64,000 nucleotides of DNA from Candidatus Nealsonbacteria bacterium DGGOD1a (GTDB taxonomy: Bacteria > Patescibacteriota > Minisyncoccia > Minisyncoccales > UBA5738). The stretch's first letter is position 1, and each line of letters opens with the position of its first letter. Below the pieces are notes generated by a model. That model saw only the letters and a list, made by a program, of their open reading frames with translations. It had not been told where the DNA came from and ran no database searches. A program made the translations under genes and the position numbers. Below, in pieces: positions 17,653-28,010 of the stretch. Location: NCBI GenBank assembly GCA_022530585.1, contig CP092821.1, forward strand, positions 585,525 through 649,524. The letters are read 5' to 3'.

Positions 17653-19587
17653 ATGAAGAATAAAATTGCCTTATTGGCAGCCTGTTTACTGACAATCGCC
17701 GGATCGGCGTTGGCCGAATCCGATAACGCCATTCTTTTATCTCCCCAATCTGATTCGCAAGCCTTTATCAACGAATCGAATAACGGCGGTGAATATATCG
17801 CCGATGAAATAATCGTTAAATTCAAGGGCGACAAAACCGATTTTAGAGTTCTTAAGGTTGCCCGAGGCCTAGTGGGAACCATAATAAAAGAATACCTCAA
17901 ACATGCCGATGTGGAATACGCCGAACCCAATTACATCGCGCACGCCCTGATGGTTCCCAATGATTCCCTATACAAATACCAATGGAATTTCGGCAGTTCA
18001 GATAAAAACGGGATCAATATGGAAAAAGCATGGAATATCACCGCGGGCGATAATTCAGTAATCGTGGCCGTGGTGGACACCGGGATCGCCTATGAAACTT
18101 ACGGAAAATTTTGCCAAGCGCCGGATATGGCCCAAACCCGTTTTACCGCCGGTTACAATTTCGTTTCAAATACCGCGCACGCCAATGACGATCAAGGTCA
18201 CGGCACGCATGTTGCCGGAACAATCGCCCAGAGTACCAATAACTCTCTGGGAACTTCCGGCATCGCATTCAATACCACATTGATGCCGGTGAAAGTTTTG
18301 AATAGTTCGGGCAGCGGTTCTTACTCGACGATCGCCAATGGCATTCGTTATGCCGTCGACCACGGCGCCAAAGTAATCAACTTAAGCTTGGGCGGGAGCA
18401 AAAGCAACACGACCCTGAAAAACGCGATAAAATACGCCTACGACAAGGGCGTAACGGTAGTGGCGGCTTGCGGCAACGACAATGCCAGCGGTTGCCTGTA
18501 CCCCGCCGCTTACAGCGACTATGTCATTTCAGTGGGCGCCACTCAATATGACGGCACCAAAGCCCCCTATTCGAACTACGGCTCCAATTTGAACATTGTC
18601 GCGCCGGGAGGCAACACTAAGGTTGATCTGAATAACGATGGCCAAAAAGACGGAATTTTACAGCAAACCATTACCGACTCCAGCAATGTTTGCAGTTTCA
18701 ACTATTACCTCTATCAGGGAACTTCGATGGCCACGCCCCACATCGCCGGTATTGCCGCCCTGTTGCTCGCCAAGGGCAACGCCACCACGCCCGACCAGAT
18801 AAAAACCGCGATTGATTCGACGGCCAAAGATTTGGGTGCGGCCGGCAAAGACAAAACTTACGGCTATGGTTTGGCCGATGCCTATGCGGCATTGCAATGG
18901 CCCGACAACGGCCAACCAGAATGCAGTGTTGACGGTGATTGCAACGATGGTTTGAATTGCAACGGCATCGAAACCTGCCAAACCGGAAAATGCGTTGCCG
19001 GAACTGCCGTTAATTGCTCCTCGTTAACCGACAAATGCAACACCGGTACCTGTATCGAATCAAGCGACGCTTGCGGCGCAACCCCGAAAACCAACGGAAC
19101 TTCCTGCGATGATGGGATTTACTGCAACGGATCAGAAACCTGCCAAGCCGGAACCTGCACCGTGGGCGGCGCGGTAGTTTGCAACGACAACAGCGATTGC
19201 ACCAGCGACAGTTGCAGTGAAACAACAAAGTCTTGTTCATATATCGCCAAAAGCGACAACACCATCTGCGATTCCGGAATTTGCTGTGCCGGATCATGCA
19301 AACCCGGCATCGCGGCTTGCTCGACCGCGACAACCTGTTGGAACGGAACAAACCAGTATTTAAGCTTGGCAACGGCGCAATTCAAAAAATTCTGCAAATG
19401 CGCGCAAGGAACCTATGCCTATAAAAACTACAAATCGAGTTTTAGCCGGAAAACCGTGTGGAAATACGGCAATACCGGCGACAACGAGATATGGACCGTT
19501 TCGTCAGCAACATCGCTCAGCCCGGTCTACAGCGTAACATGCAACGACAACAAAGCCTATCTTACCAGCCAAACTTACGCCAGGTAG
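17653..19587 (+). CDS. Secreted S8 subtilisin-like serine protease with a Cys-rich C-terminal repeat region
   Basis: Signal peptide. VAVVDTGI, HGTHVAG and GTSMATPH catalytic motifs. Repeated CxDGxxCNGxETC modules. The track start at 17629 is also possible. Confidence 0.85.
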   Translation: MKNKIALLAACLLTIAGSALAESDNAILLSPQSDSQAFINESNNGGEYIADEIIVKFKGDKTDFRVLKVARGLVGTIIKEYLKHADVEYAEPNYIAHALMVPNDSLYKYQWNFGSSDKNGINMEKAWNITAGDNSVIVAVVDTGIAYETYGKFCQAPDMAQTRFTAGYNFVSNTAHANDDQGHGTHVAGTIAQSTNNSLGTSGIAFNTTLMPVKVLNSSGSGSYSTIANGIRYAVDHGAKVINLSLGGSKSNTTLKNAIKYAYDKGVTVVAACGNDNASGCLYPAAYSDYVISVGATQYDGTKAPYSNYGSNLNIVAPGGNTKVDLNNDGQKDGILQQTITDSSNVCSFNYYLYQGTSMATPHIAGIAALLLAKGNATTPDQIKTAIDSTAKDLGAAGKDKTYGYGLADAYAALQWPDNGQPECSVDGDCNDGLNCNGIETCQTGKCVAGTAVNCSSLTDKCNTGTCIESSDACGATPKTNGTSCDDGIYCNGSETCQAGTCTVGGAVVCNDNSDCTSDSCSETTKSCSYIAKSDNTICDSGICCAGSCKPGIAACSTATTCWNGTNQYLSLATAQFKKFCKCAQGTYAYKNYKSSFSRKTVWKYGNTGDNEIWTVSSATSLSPVYSVTCNDNKAYLTSQTYAR

Positions 19588-19600
19588 AAATTAACCAACA

Positions 19601-19633
19601 AAAACCGCGGGTTTGCCTTTCCGCGGTTTTTGT
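19601..19633 (+). terminator. Rho-independent terminator
   Basis: accgcgg-gtttgccttt-ccgcggt followed by tttttg. Confidence 0.7.
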
Positions 19634-19963
19634 TGTAAAAAAACATTAATAACGGAAATTGTTCTTGATACTTTTTTTGATACGGTAAAAACGATTCCAC
19701 TTTGCCGGCGATTTATGTCGTTATTGAACTCGAGAAATATAAATTTGGCGCCGCGGTTTCCGGTTTATGCGCCGGCGCTCGGCTCCCGCAAGATAAAAAA
19801 TATCGCCGCGGCCATCGCTATACCGTTGGAAATCGGTTTAATCGCGGGTTTGGTGATTCAATCCCTTCCTTAAATCGTGATAATTTGCAATAATGTAATC
19901 AATCGCGCCGCGACAAAATCATACGGCATAATTTTAGCAAACAATGAATACCTTGTCGCTTTA

Positions 19964-20098
19964 AAAATCAAAAATATATTTTCCAAATGTATTTCGTCGA
20001 GCGGAGTATGAACCCCGCACGACGACCAAAGGGGGCACCCCTTTGGAATCCTCTTGGTGTACCCCGGGGCAAAGCCCCGAGGTATTGCACTCAATAAA
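19964..20098 (-). repeat. Three-hairpin element, subfamily F2, copy E
   Basis: aaaaatatattttccaaatgtatttcgtcgagcgg.gtatgaaccccgcacgacgaccaaagggggcacccctttggaatcctcttggtg.accccggggcaaagccccgaggtattgcactcaataaa. Confidence 0.85.
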
Positions 20099-20121
20099 AC
20101 AAAACAATCATAATCAAAAAA

Positions 20122-20490
20122 ATGGACCAAAAAAAACTGGAAAAATTTAAAGACATTCTAACCAAAGAAAAAATCGAGATTACCGCGGAATTGAACAAGA
20201 TCGCGACACAAAGTAAAACCGACCCCAAGGAATGGATAACCAACTTCACCGGCAACGCCAATGATACCGGCCACGAATCACTGGAAATTAAAGCCGATGA
20301 AGTCGAAGAATACGGCAGCGATGTCGCCATTACCAAGCGAATGGCGCAAAAACTGGCCGATATCGACTTGGCTCTGGATAAAATTGAAAAAAAAGTTTTC
20401 GGCAAATGCGAAGATTGCGGCAAAGATATTCCCATCCAAAGACTGGAAGCTTTCCCAACCGCGCGTTTTTGCACCGAATGCGGCAAATAG
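20122..20490 (+). CDS. DksA/TraR-family C4 zinc-finger protein
   Basis: CEDCGKDIPIQRLEAFPTARFCTECG. Confidence 0.75.
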   Translation: MDQKKLEKFKDILTKEKIEITAELNKIATQSKTDPKEWITNFTGNANDTGHESLEIKADEVEEYGSDVAITKRMAQKLADIDLALDKIEKKVFGKCEDCGKDIPIQRLEAFPTARFCTECGK

Positions 20491-20496
20491 AAACCA

Positions 20497-21162
20497 ATGA
20501 ATAAAAGATCGGTAAAAATTTTAGTTCTCGCGGTTGTTGCGGCAATCATTATCGGCGCGATTTTTTGGGCTATCCGGCCAAAATCCGCTTTAGCTCCCGC
20601 GCCCGGCCCGAATCTGGCATCGTCGGAAACCGCCATATCCGCCAATGCGTCATCATCGCAAACGATCGCGAAACTGGAAACACAAACAGCGGACTGGCAG
20701 TTTTACTCCAACAGCGAACGCGGTTTTTCTTTTAAATATCCGGTGGATTTCGGCGCCAATGTCTGGAAACCTGAAATTTGGCCGCCCGCGGTAACCGTAG
20801 TTGGCGCGAATATCGATCCGATCGAAGCCGGTTGCCCGAATTTACAAAAATCATCCGATGACGCACCGGCTAAAAATTCAAGCGCGACCCCCTACGGAAT
20901 CCCTTATTCTCTCTATATCGGCAGCAATATCGGTGCCGGCCAGCTCTATTCGGAATACTGCTATGTAATCGCCGATAAACAAGGCGGCAATATTGTCATT
21001 GATTTTCTCGTTCATTCCCATACCGGTTGCGGATTCGGCGGCTGTGGCGCCTATTGCGGCACGCAATACGAAAACGAATGCACAAATCTTAACCGGTTCA
21101 AAGACATAATTTCGCCGATCAGATCGATGGTAAACACTTTCTCGTTTGTTGCCAAAAATTAA
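20497..21162 (+). CDS. Membrane-anchored or secreted hypothetical protein
   Basis: N-terminal TM/signal segment; 221 aa. Confidence 0.55.
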   Translation: MNKRSVKILVLAVVAAIIIGAIFWAIRPKSALAPAPGPNLASSETAISANASSSQTIAKLETQTADWQFYSNSERGFSFKYPVDFGANVWKPEIWPPAVTVVGANIDPIEAGCPNLQKSSDDAPAKNSSATPYGIPYSLYIGSNIGAGQLYSEYCYVIADKQGGNIVIDFLVHSHTGCGFGGCGAYCGTQYENECTNLNRFKDIISPIRSMVNTFSFVAKN

Positions 21163-21274
21163 GATATTGAAAATCACACCGATAGAAAAATATTCCCGGC
21201 GCTCTTCCGGAATATTTTTTTAATTCTTTTCGTATTCCAACGCGAAAACTCAACTTATTGCGCCGGCATTTTAA

Positions 21275-22465
21275 TTGAAAATTATGAAAATCAATTATCA
21301 AAACGCAATTATAACAATAACAATCCTTTTGGGACTGGCGCTTGCCGCCACAATCGGTTTTTATTTAGGCGACAAAAAGCCCGGAGAATTAAAAAACACT
21401 CCCGAAACCGCCGAAAAGACTCAAATTGCGGATAATGAAACCGAAATCCCGGCAATTGAACAAAAATTTGAAAGTTCTTTGAACGAAGAACAAACCATTG
21501 CCGCGGCAACTTCAACGCCGGCGGCGAACAAAGAACCAAAATCGACCGAAACTTCAATAGCGGACGATGAAATTCCCTTGGAAAACGCCGAAAGGTTTGT
21601 AATTTCGATCGGCGCCAACGATATCGGCAAAGTTACGGCCGACCTGCTCGACAAGGGATTCATTAACGAACCGGAATCATTTAAAAAATTGATCGGCTCT
21701 TCAATTCTCGCATTCGTTCCGGGCGGCTACCGGCTTTCAAAAACAATGGCGGCTTCGCTTGTCGCCAAAACTTTGCAAAGCAAACCGTATATGGTCTGGA
21801 TAATCGTTCCCGAAGGTTTGCGAAAGGAAGAAACCGCCGATCTTTTGGCAAAAGATCTGGAATGGACTATTGATCAAAAAGAAAAATGGATAAAAGAGGA
21901 TACGGCGGCCGATAACGACTATTTTGAAGGCGTGTACTTTCCCGACACTTATCTGATTCCGGTCAATGAGGCACCCGTTGATGTCGCCAAACGATTGATC
22001 GCCAAATTCAATGAAAAATTCGCGCCCTACTTGCCGGAATTCAGCTGGCAAAACATAAAATGGACCACCGGCCTTAAATTGGCCTCGATCGTTCAAAGAG
22101 AAGCTGTCAACGCCGCGGATATGCCGCTTATCGCGGGCATTTTATGGAACCGCGTTGAGCAAGGAATGTCACTCGACGCCGACGCCACGCTTCAATACGC
22201 CCGCGGCGATACCGGTAACGGCTGGTGGGCGCCCGCCGCGGCTAAAGACAAGCAAATTGATTCGCCCTATAATACCTACACCAATAAAAACCTGCCGCCG
22301 CACCCGATCTGCAATCCGGGGATTTCCGCTATCGAAGCCACCCTGAATCCGGCCCAAACGGATTGTTTGTACTATCTGCATGACGGCAATCATTCCACGC
22401 ATTGCGCCAAAACCTACGAAGATCATCTTGAGAATATCCAAAAGTATTTAAAAAATCAAAATTGA
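21275..22465 (+). CDS. mltG: Endolytic murein transglycosylase MltG (YceG-like)
   Basis: ASIVQREA, LDADATLQY, SPYNTYTNKNLPPHPICNPG. Confidence 0.8.
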   Translation: MKIMKINYQNAIITITILLGLALAATIGFYLGDKKPGELKNTPETAEKTQIADNETEIPAIEQKFESSLNEEQTIAAATSTPAANKEPKSTETSIADDEIPLENAERFVISIGANDIGKVTADLLDKGFINEPESFKKLIGSSILAFVPGGYRLSKTMAASLVAKTLQSKPYMVWIIVPEGLRKEETADLLAKDLEWTIDQKEKWIKEDTAADNDYFEGVYFPDTYLIPVNEAPVDVAKRLIAKFNEKFAPYLPEFSWQNIKWTTGLKLASIVQREAVNAADMPLIAGILWNRVEQGMSLDADATLQYARGDTGNGWWAPAAAKDKQIDSPYNTYTNKNLPPHPICNPGISAIEATLNPAQTDCLYYLHDGNHSTHCAKTYEDHLENIQKYLKNQN

Positions 22466-22544
22466 GGCCGCATCGAAAGCGAATCGCCGAGATTTGATTT
22501 TGAGATTTAATTTGCGTGATTCGCTGAAAAAGTAGTATAATTAT

Positions 22545-22690
22545 TTTATTGAGCGCGATGTCTCGGGGTTTTGCTCCGGGGTGCGCCAAAAGGATTCCTC
22601 GGGTAACCCGCAAGTACTCTCGTGAAGGAATCTCCCTTTGGCCGCAAGATCGGGGTTAACGCCCCGATCGCGGACTCAAGCGGACTCAAA
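22545..22690 (+). repeat. Three-hairpin element, divergent subfamily F3, copy I (with an inserted extra hairpin)
   Basis: ttattgagcgcgatgtctcggggttttgctccggggtgcgccaaaaggattcc[34-nt insert]tccctttggccgcaagatcggggttaacgccccgatcgcgg. A TATAAT at 22537-22542 lies just upstream. Confidence 0.7.
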
Positions 22691-22799
22691 TTGAAAATAT
22701 AAAATTTATCGCGCAGATAACAATTGGATTTGCCGCGTGATAATTTTTCCCGGATATTAAAAAACCGGAAAAATATCGCTTGGTAAATTTAATAAGAAA

Positions 22800-23117
22800 A
22801 TGACAAAATCGACAAAGATAATCATCGCGGTAGTTATTACCACGATTGTCGTAATCGGCGCATTGGCGCTGACTGGACCCCGCGGCGAAAACAACCAACC
22901 AGTCGTAACGACACCGCCAACCAATGACGAGCCCGCCAATGTTCAGTCGGAAACTCCGCCGGCGGCCACAACCGGCGAAAATCAAATCCTCGAAACCGAA
23001 ACCACCATTGATGAAGACTTAGCCGATATTGACGCGCGAATGACCGGCCTGAACGAAGATAACGCCAATATCGAAACCGGGCTTAACGACGCTTCCGGAG
23101 ATACTATCGTCAAATAA
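22800..23117 (+). CDS. Small membrane-anchored protein
   Basis: 105 aa with an N-terminal TM segment and an acidic/Thr-rich tail. Confidence 0.5.
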   Translation: MTKSTKIIIAVVITTIVVIGALALTGPRGENNQPVVTTPPTNDEPANVQSETPPAATTGENQILETETTIDEDLADIDARMTGLNEDNANIETGLNDASGDTIVK

Positions 23118-23131
23118 CCACCAATAAAACC

Positions 23132-23971
23132 ATGTCCAATAAAAAAATTATAATTGCGTTAGCCGTGCTGGCAATACTGTCGTCAACCCAAAACGCCGCC
23201 GCGATTTCAATGAACGAATTGCCGGCAACCCGGGGCAACGCGGCAACCTCGACCGATATGACCAAAAATAGAGGCGCAAACGACAACGGACGAAACGCGC
23301 TTTCAAAGATACAAGAAAGAGGCGGCGAAGAAATCGACCGGCGGGTTGAGTCGTTGAATAAATTGGAAGAACGGGTGCGATCAATGATAAAAATAAACGA
23401 CAGCCAAAAAAACGCGATTATCGCGCAATTACAAACGCAGATCGAGTCGCTGAACGCGCTTAAAGCCCGGATCGCGGCCGGGACAAGCGCGAGCACCACT
23501 TTGGAAAACGAAAAGAAGATAACCAAAGAGTTCCGCGTTTATGCCCTGACGATTCCGCGGGGGTACATCATCGCCGCGATCGACCGAATCGACAATATGG
23601 CCCAGAAATTGCAAGGTTTGAGCGATAAACTCGCGGCCAAAATTACGGAAACCAAACCCGATAACGCGGCCAAGCTGCAAGAAAGCGTTGCCGATATGAA
23701 TACCCGAATCGCCAACGCCAGAACGCAAGTGATGGCGGCGCAAGCAAAAGTTGAAAATTTAAAACCGGACAACGGCGATGAGGCAATCGCCAAATCAAAT
23801 CAGGAAGCTTTGATCGCCGCCAAAGGATTGGTAAAGACCGCCACAAATGATTTGAATTACGCGCGCAATGCCGCCAACGCCCTCGCCAAAGAACTAAGAA
23901 AACTGGGAATCAAAACAAATGTCGGCTTTGGCGCCGCCACCACAACCGCCTCGACCACGACAGAATTATAA
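23132..23971 (+). CDS. Secreted coiled-coil-type hypothetical protein
   Basis: Signal peptide, Ala/Lys/Asn-rich helical repeats; 279 aa. Confidence 0.55.
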   Translation: MSNKKIIIALAVLAILSSTQNAAAISMNELPATRGNAATSTDMTKNRGANDNGRNALSKIQERGGEEIDRRVESLNKLEERVRSMIKINDSQKNAIIAQLQTQIESLNALKARIAAGTSASTTLENEKKITKEFRVYALTIPRGYIIAAIDRIDNMAQKLQGLSDKLAAKITETKPDNAAKLQESVADMNTRIANARTQVMAAQAKVENLKPDNGDEAIAKSNQEALIAAKGLVKTATNDLNYARNAANALAKELRKLGIKTNVGFGAATTTASTTTEL

Positions 23972-24095
23972 AAATACCCAATATCAAAAATCCCGCCACG
24001 CGGGATTTTTGATATACCCGTTGTTTGATTTGTCGTTTCGAGTTCTTGGAGTTATTATGGAACCATAACCCCGCGCTTGCGGGGAAATTATTTGC

Positions 24096-25871
24096 ATGAA
24101 CGATTATCCTGAAGTTACGACAAAAATGGTTCTCGCCGAATTCTGGAAAGGAGTCAAGCCGCACAAACGGTTGTTTTGGGGCAGTTTAATCTGCTTTTCA
24201 ATCAGTTTTGCCATAAATGTTTTTGTACCGATATTTTACAAAGATTTTTTTGACACTCTGGAATCATTTTCCGATAAAAACGAAAGCACCCCCATATTGA
24301 TACGGATCATATCAATTATCGCTCTGTTGCATTCTATTAATTGGGTTTTCGGACGAATATCGGTATTGATGGCGAATCGACTTGAAGCAAAAGTGTCTTC
24401 TCTTTTAAAACAAAATTCTTTTAATTATTTGATATTGCACTCGCGCAATTTTTTCGCGAACAATTTTTCGGGAAGTCTGGTACAGAAAATCAACCGCTTC
24501 AGCCGTTCATTTATCAGAATTGCCGATGCCGCTTTTTTTGAGTTTCTTCAATTATTGATCACGGGAATTGGAGCGATTATAATCACATCATTTATTTCGC
24601 CGATGATTTCCCTGATAATCACCGGCTGGATAATTATATTTGCAGCCTTTAATATTTTATTTCAAGTGCGCGTCAAAATTAAATACGATATCGCCGCCGC
24701 CGCCGCGGATTCTAAAACAACCGGACTTCTTGCGGACAACATTACCAATTACAGCCCGATTTCCCTGTTCAACGGTTATAAACGCGAATCGGCGCTATTA
24801 AAGGAAACCGTTAACGATCAAGCGAGAAAATTATGCTTTTCATGGGATTTATGGATTGTTATTAATGCCATCCAAATCGCGTTAACTTATACGATCGAAT
24901 TTTTCATATTCTATTACGGCATTATTTTCTGGCGGCAAGACCTGATCACGGCAGGCACATTTGTTTTGATGCAAATTTACATTATCGGAATCGCGCAGCA
25001 ATTCTGGGGATTGAATCGAACCGTGCGCGAGGTTTATGAAAGTATCGCCGATTCCAAAGAAATGGTGGAGATTATGGCTTTGCCGCACGAAATCAAGGAT
25101 GTGGCCGCGGCAAAGGAATTAAAAGATGTTGAAGGGGGTATCGAATTCAAAGAAGTTAATTTCAGCTTCAACGAAACTCGCAGTGTTTTAAAAGATATCA
25201 ATTTGGTTATCAGCGCCGGAGAAAAAGTTGCCTTGGTTGGGCCGTCGGGAACCGGCAAAACCACATTCACGGGATTGCTTTTGCGGCTTTTTGATCCAGC
25301 CGGCGGCGCGATTTTCATTGACGGACAAAATATCCATAATGTCACCTTGGAAAGCTTGCGCGCGAGTATCAGCCTGGTGCCGCAGGATCCGGTTTTATTC
25401 CACCGAACGATTATGGAAAACATCCGCTATGGAAAACCTCAAGCAACCGACAAAGAGGTGATTACCGCGGCCAAACTCGCTCATTGCGATGAATTTGTCG
25501 ATTCAATGCCATTGAAATACGAAACATTGGTGGGAGAACGAGGAGTCAAACTTTCCGGCGGCGAGCGCCAGCGCGTCGCCATTGCCCGCGCCATTCTGAA
25601 GAACGCGCCGATATTGGTGCTGGATGAAGCCACTTCCAGCCTTGATTCGCAATCCGAAATGCTGATTCAGGACGCCTTGGACAAATTGATGTCCAGATGC
25701 ACCACCATCGCCATCGCGCACCGCTTGAGCACAATCCGCAAAATGGATCGCATCATCGTAATGGACAATGGCACTATCATCGAACAAGGCACGCACCAAG
25801 GTTTGATCCGCAGAAAAGGAGGTATCTACAAAAATCTCTGGTCCCTCCAAGCCGGCGGCTTTATCGAATAA
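24096..25871 (+). CDS. ABC exporter, fused permease and ATPase (MsbA-like)
   Basis: Six TM helices. GPSGTGKT, LSGGERQRVAIARA, LVLDEATSSLD. Confidence 0.9.
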   Translation: MNDYPEVTTKMVLAEFWKGVKPHKRLFWGSLICFSISFAINVFVPIFYKDFFDTLESFSDKNESTPILIRIISIIALLHSINWVFGRISVLMANRLEAKVSSLLKQNSFNYLILHSRNFFANNFSGSLVQKINRFSRSFIRIADAAFFEFLQLLITGIGAIIITSFISPMISLIITGWIIIFAAFNILFQVRVKIKYDIAAAAADSKTTGLLADNITNYSPISLFNGYKRESALLKETVNDQARKLCFSWDLWIVINAIQIALTYTIEFFIFYYGIIFWRQDLITAGTFVLMQIYIIGIAQQFWGLNRTVREVYESIADSKEMVEIMALPHEIKDVAAAKELKDVEGGIEFKEVNFSFNETRSVLKDINLVISAGEKVALVGPSGTGKTTFTGLLLRLFDPAGGAIFIDGQNIHNVTLESLRASISLVPQDPVLFHRTIMENIRYGKPQATDKEVITAAKLAHCDEFVDSMPLKYETLVGERGVKLSGGERQRVAIARAILKNAPILVLDEATSSLDSQSEMLIQDALDKLMSRCTTIAIAHRLSTIRKMDRIIVMDNGTIIEQGTHQGLIRRKGGIYKNLWSLQAGGFIE

Positions 25872-25894
25872 AACCTGAACCTTGAATCTTAACC

Positions 25895-25944
25895 AAGGCC
25901 TCACCCCTATAAAAACATAGTTTTTATAGGGGTGAGGCCTTTTC
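25895..25944 (+). terminator. Very strong intrinsic terminator (about 22-bp perfect stem)
   Basis: aaggcctcacccctataaaaac-ata-gtttttataggggtgaggcctt followed by tt. Confidence 0.8.
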
Positions 25945-25973
25945 AAGTCCATGTTATATTTTTGCCATTTTAC

Positions 25974-26002
25974 TTGACAAATTTACAATTCTGTGCTATC
26001 AT
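25974..26002 (+). promoter_or_regulatory. Sigma70-like promoter for the small secreted-protein gene
   Basis: TTGACA, a 17-nt spacer, then TATCAT. Confidence 0.45.
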
Positions 26003-26057
26003 TGTGGTAGACTGTAGGGATATGGCATGAAATGCCGCCCCTATGGAGGTATTAAAA

Positions 26058-26375
26058 ATGAGAAAGATAGTTATAGCACTGGCAATTTTTGCCAGTATAA
26101 TGGGCGCAGTAAGCGCTCAAGATGGTTATGGGGGATATTTCACCCTGAATGGCTCACACACTGTTACATTCAACGGTGTGACAATATCAGCGCTTTCCAG
26201 TGCTGAAGGAATTCAGATCAATGTAAGCACTGACGCGACCCAGGAAAAAAATGTTTGGGTTCAAGTGGGAAATATTTCACAGAAACTCCCGCTGAACCCA
26301 GAGAACGGGTTCAAGAACTCGACCGTTCTCTATGGATATGGGAATTCAACCGCAATGGTTGAATATTCCTGGTAA
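26058..26375 (+). CDS. Small secreted protein (105 aa) rich in N-x-S/T sequons
   Basis: GGAGG lies 8 nt before ATG 26058. Signal peptide MRKIVIALAIFASIMGAVSA. Confidence 0.6.
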   Translation: MRKIVIALAIFASIMGAVSAQDGYGGYFTLNGSHTVTFNGVTISALSSAEGIQINVSTDATQEKNVWVQVGNISQKLPLNPENGFKNSTVLYGYGNSTAMVEYSW

Positions 26376-26469
26376 TAACCTCCTTCCTCATTTTCTAAAT
26401 TTTTTGGAAACTGGATTGGAGGTTTTTTGTTACATTGATTCTTTATATTTTTCGCCTAATCAAAGGTTT

Positions 26470-26746
26470 TTTGAAAAATGCGCTGATTTTGGTGTTGGAT
26501 GAAGCCACTTCAAGCCTGGACTCGCAATCAGAAATGCTCATTCAGGACGCCCTAAACAAGTTGATATCCAGATGCACCACCATCGCCATCGCGCACCGTC
26601 TCTCCACCATCCGCAAAATGGACCGGATCATCGTAATGGACAACGGCGCCATCGCCGAACAAGGCACTCACGCCGGCCTGCTTCGCAAAAAGAAAAGTAT
26701 CTATAAAACCCTCTGGTCCCTCCAAGCCGGCGGCTTTATCGAATAA
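26470..26746 (+). pseudogene. Orphan 3' fragment of a paralogous ABC exporter gene (Walker B to C-terminus only)
   Basis: Roughly 85% nucleotide identity by eye to 25592-25871, with the last ~37 nt identical. It lacks the N-terminal ~490 codons. Confidence 0.8.
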
Positions 26747-27126
26747 ACTATTGTCAACTTATATCTTCGTTTGAAGTCGTTTCTCAACTGATCTTCAAGG
26801 CGCAAATGTTGATAGTTATGTATTGCAACTTGCATTTCACAGGTTGCATTCCACAACTTGCATTTGATATTTCCTTATTAAAAATCCGCTTATTTATCCC
26901 ACATTTTCAGCTATCGCTAAATTTGTAGGATATTTGGTGCTTCTAAATTTTGCGGTCGCAAAAATTAGCAACATTGCTCTTTTTTTAAAATACAGATACC
27001 AAGACTTGCATAGGCCCAGTATCTGAAACTTTTCCGTAAATTGCTAAACCGCGGATTTTCCATATCTATTGAAAATTAAACAATTTCTGATAGATTTAAA
27101 TCGGTTCTTAAGAACCGGTGATTTAA

Positions 27127-27831
27127 TTGAACCAGATACGAATTTTGTCCTTAACCAGCATTTTATTGATGTTGATGCTGGGAGCAGTATTTGCGACGGA
27201 TAGTGTTAGAAATGTCGACGGGTTCGGAAACGGGAGTATTTCTCCACGTGCCATAATGGTGCATACGAACGCGAACTTGTCGGGCATGTTCGAACAAGGG
27301 CTTGCCTATAGCTACTTAGTTATGGGCAACGGTGATCGCGAAAAATGGTTACCGCCGGGAGACAATTCAAGCTTCGGTAATTATACCCATTTGCCAAAAG
27401 CTTATCACGGTGGATTCGGTGTTTTCCCGGGTAATTGCACGGCAGAAAGCATGAACGCGGCAACAATCGGAATTGGGTTGTTTTATCCGCGAGAAGAAAC
27501 CGGATCGCAGAAACAAATGGAAGCCGCCGCCGATCTGGTTGTTAGTTTAAGCCTGAAAAACCCAACTATTCAATATGTTTTCGGGCAAAATGTGACCGCG
27601 TTCTATCTGATGCAAGATGCTTTGGGCACCGGTAGCAATCCTGGTGGATTGATGTATAACCCGTGGTATTTTTCGGTTAGACGGTTTTCGTCGATCATTA
27701 ATGAAAGAGGAAAGCCGTTTGGAATTTCATTTCATGTCGTCGATTCCATCGGAAAATACTGCAATACAACCAGCGGCACCAATATAACACATCCCATCGA
27801 ATATCTTGTAAGAAATGTGAATAACCAGTAA
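27127..27831 (+). CDS. Secreted hypothetical protein, possibly N-acetylmuramoyl-L-alanine amidase-like
   Basis: TTG start and a signal peptide. IMVHTNA...AYHGG...NAATIGIGL weakly resembles the Amidase_2 spacing. Confidence 0.4.
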   Translation: MNQIRILSLTSILLMLMLGAVFATDSVRNVDGFGNGSISPRAIMVHTNANLSGMFEQGLAYSYLVMGNGDREKWLPPGDNSSFGNYTHLPKAYHGGFGVFPGNCTAESMNAATIGIGLFYPREETGSQKQMEAAADLVVSLSLKNPTIQYVFGQNVTAFYLMQDALGTGSNPGGLMYNPWYFSVRRFSSIINERGKPFGISFHVVDSIGKYCNTTSGTNITHPIEYLVRNVNNQ

Positions 27832-28010
27832 CATTTTTATCAAGATTTCTTTTTTTATGGATCCGCATCAAAATATCAACATTTTTTGGTAAAATAAAGT
27901 AATAATCAAACTATCAGAATTCGCTGTTTCGCAATTCAAAGAAAATTATATTTTACAAACCAAATCGCTTAAATGGCGATTTTCTGGTAAAATAGTAGAA
28001 ATACAACAAT

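Noticed and set aside
19634-19963. 330-bp gap after the S8 protease with moderately GC-rich sequence
   Set aside because: There is no ORF in any frame and no convincing helices or repeats beyond the terminator. I could not support a feature call.
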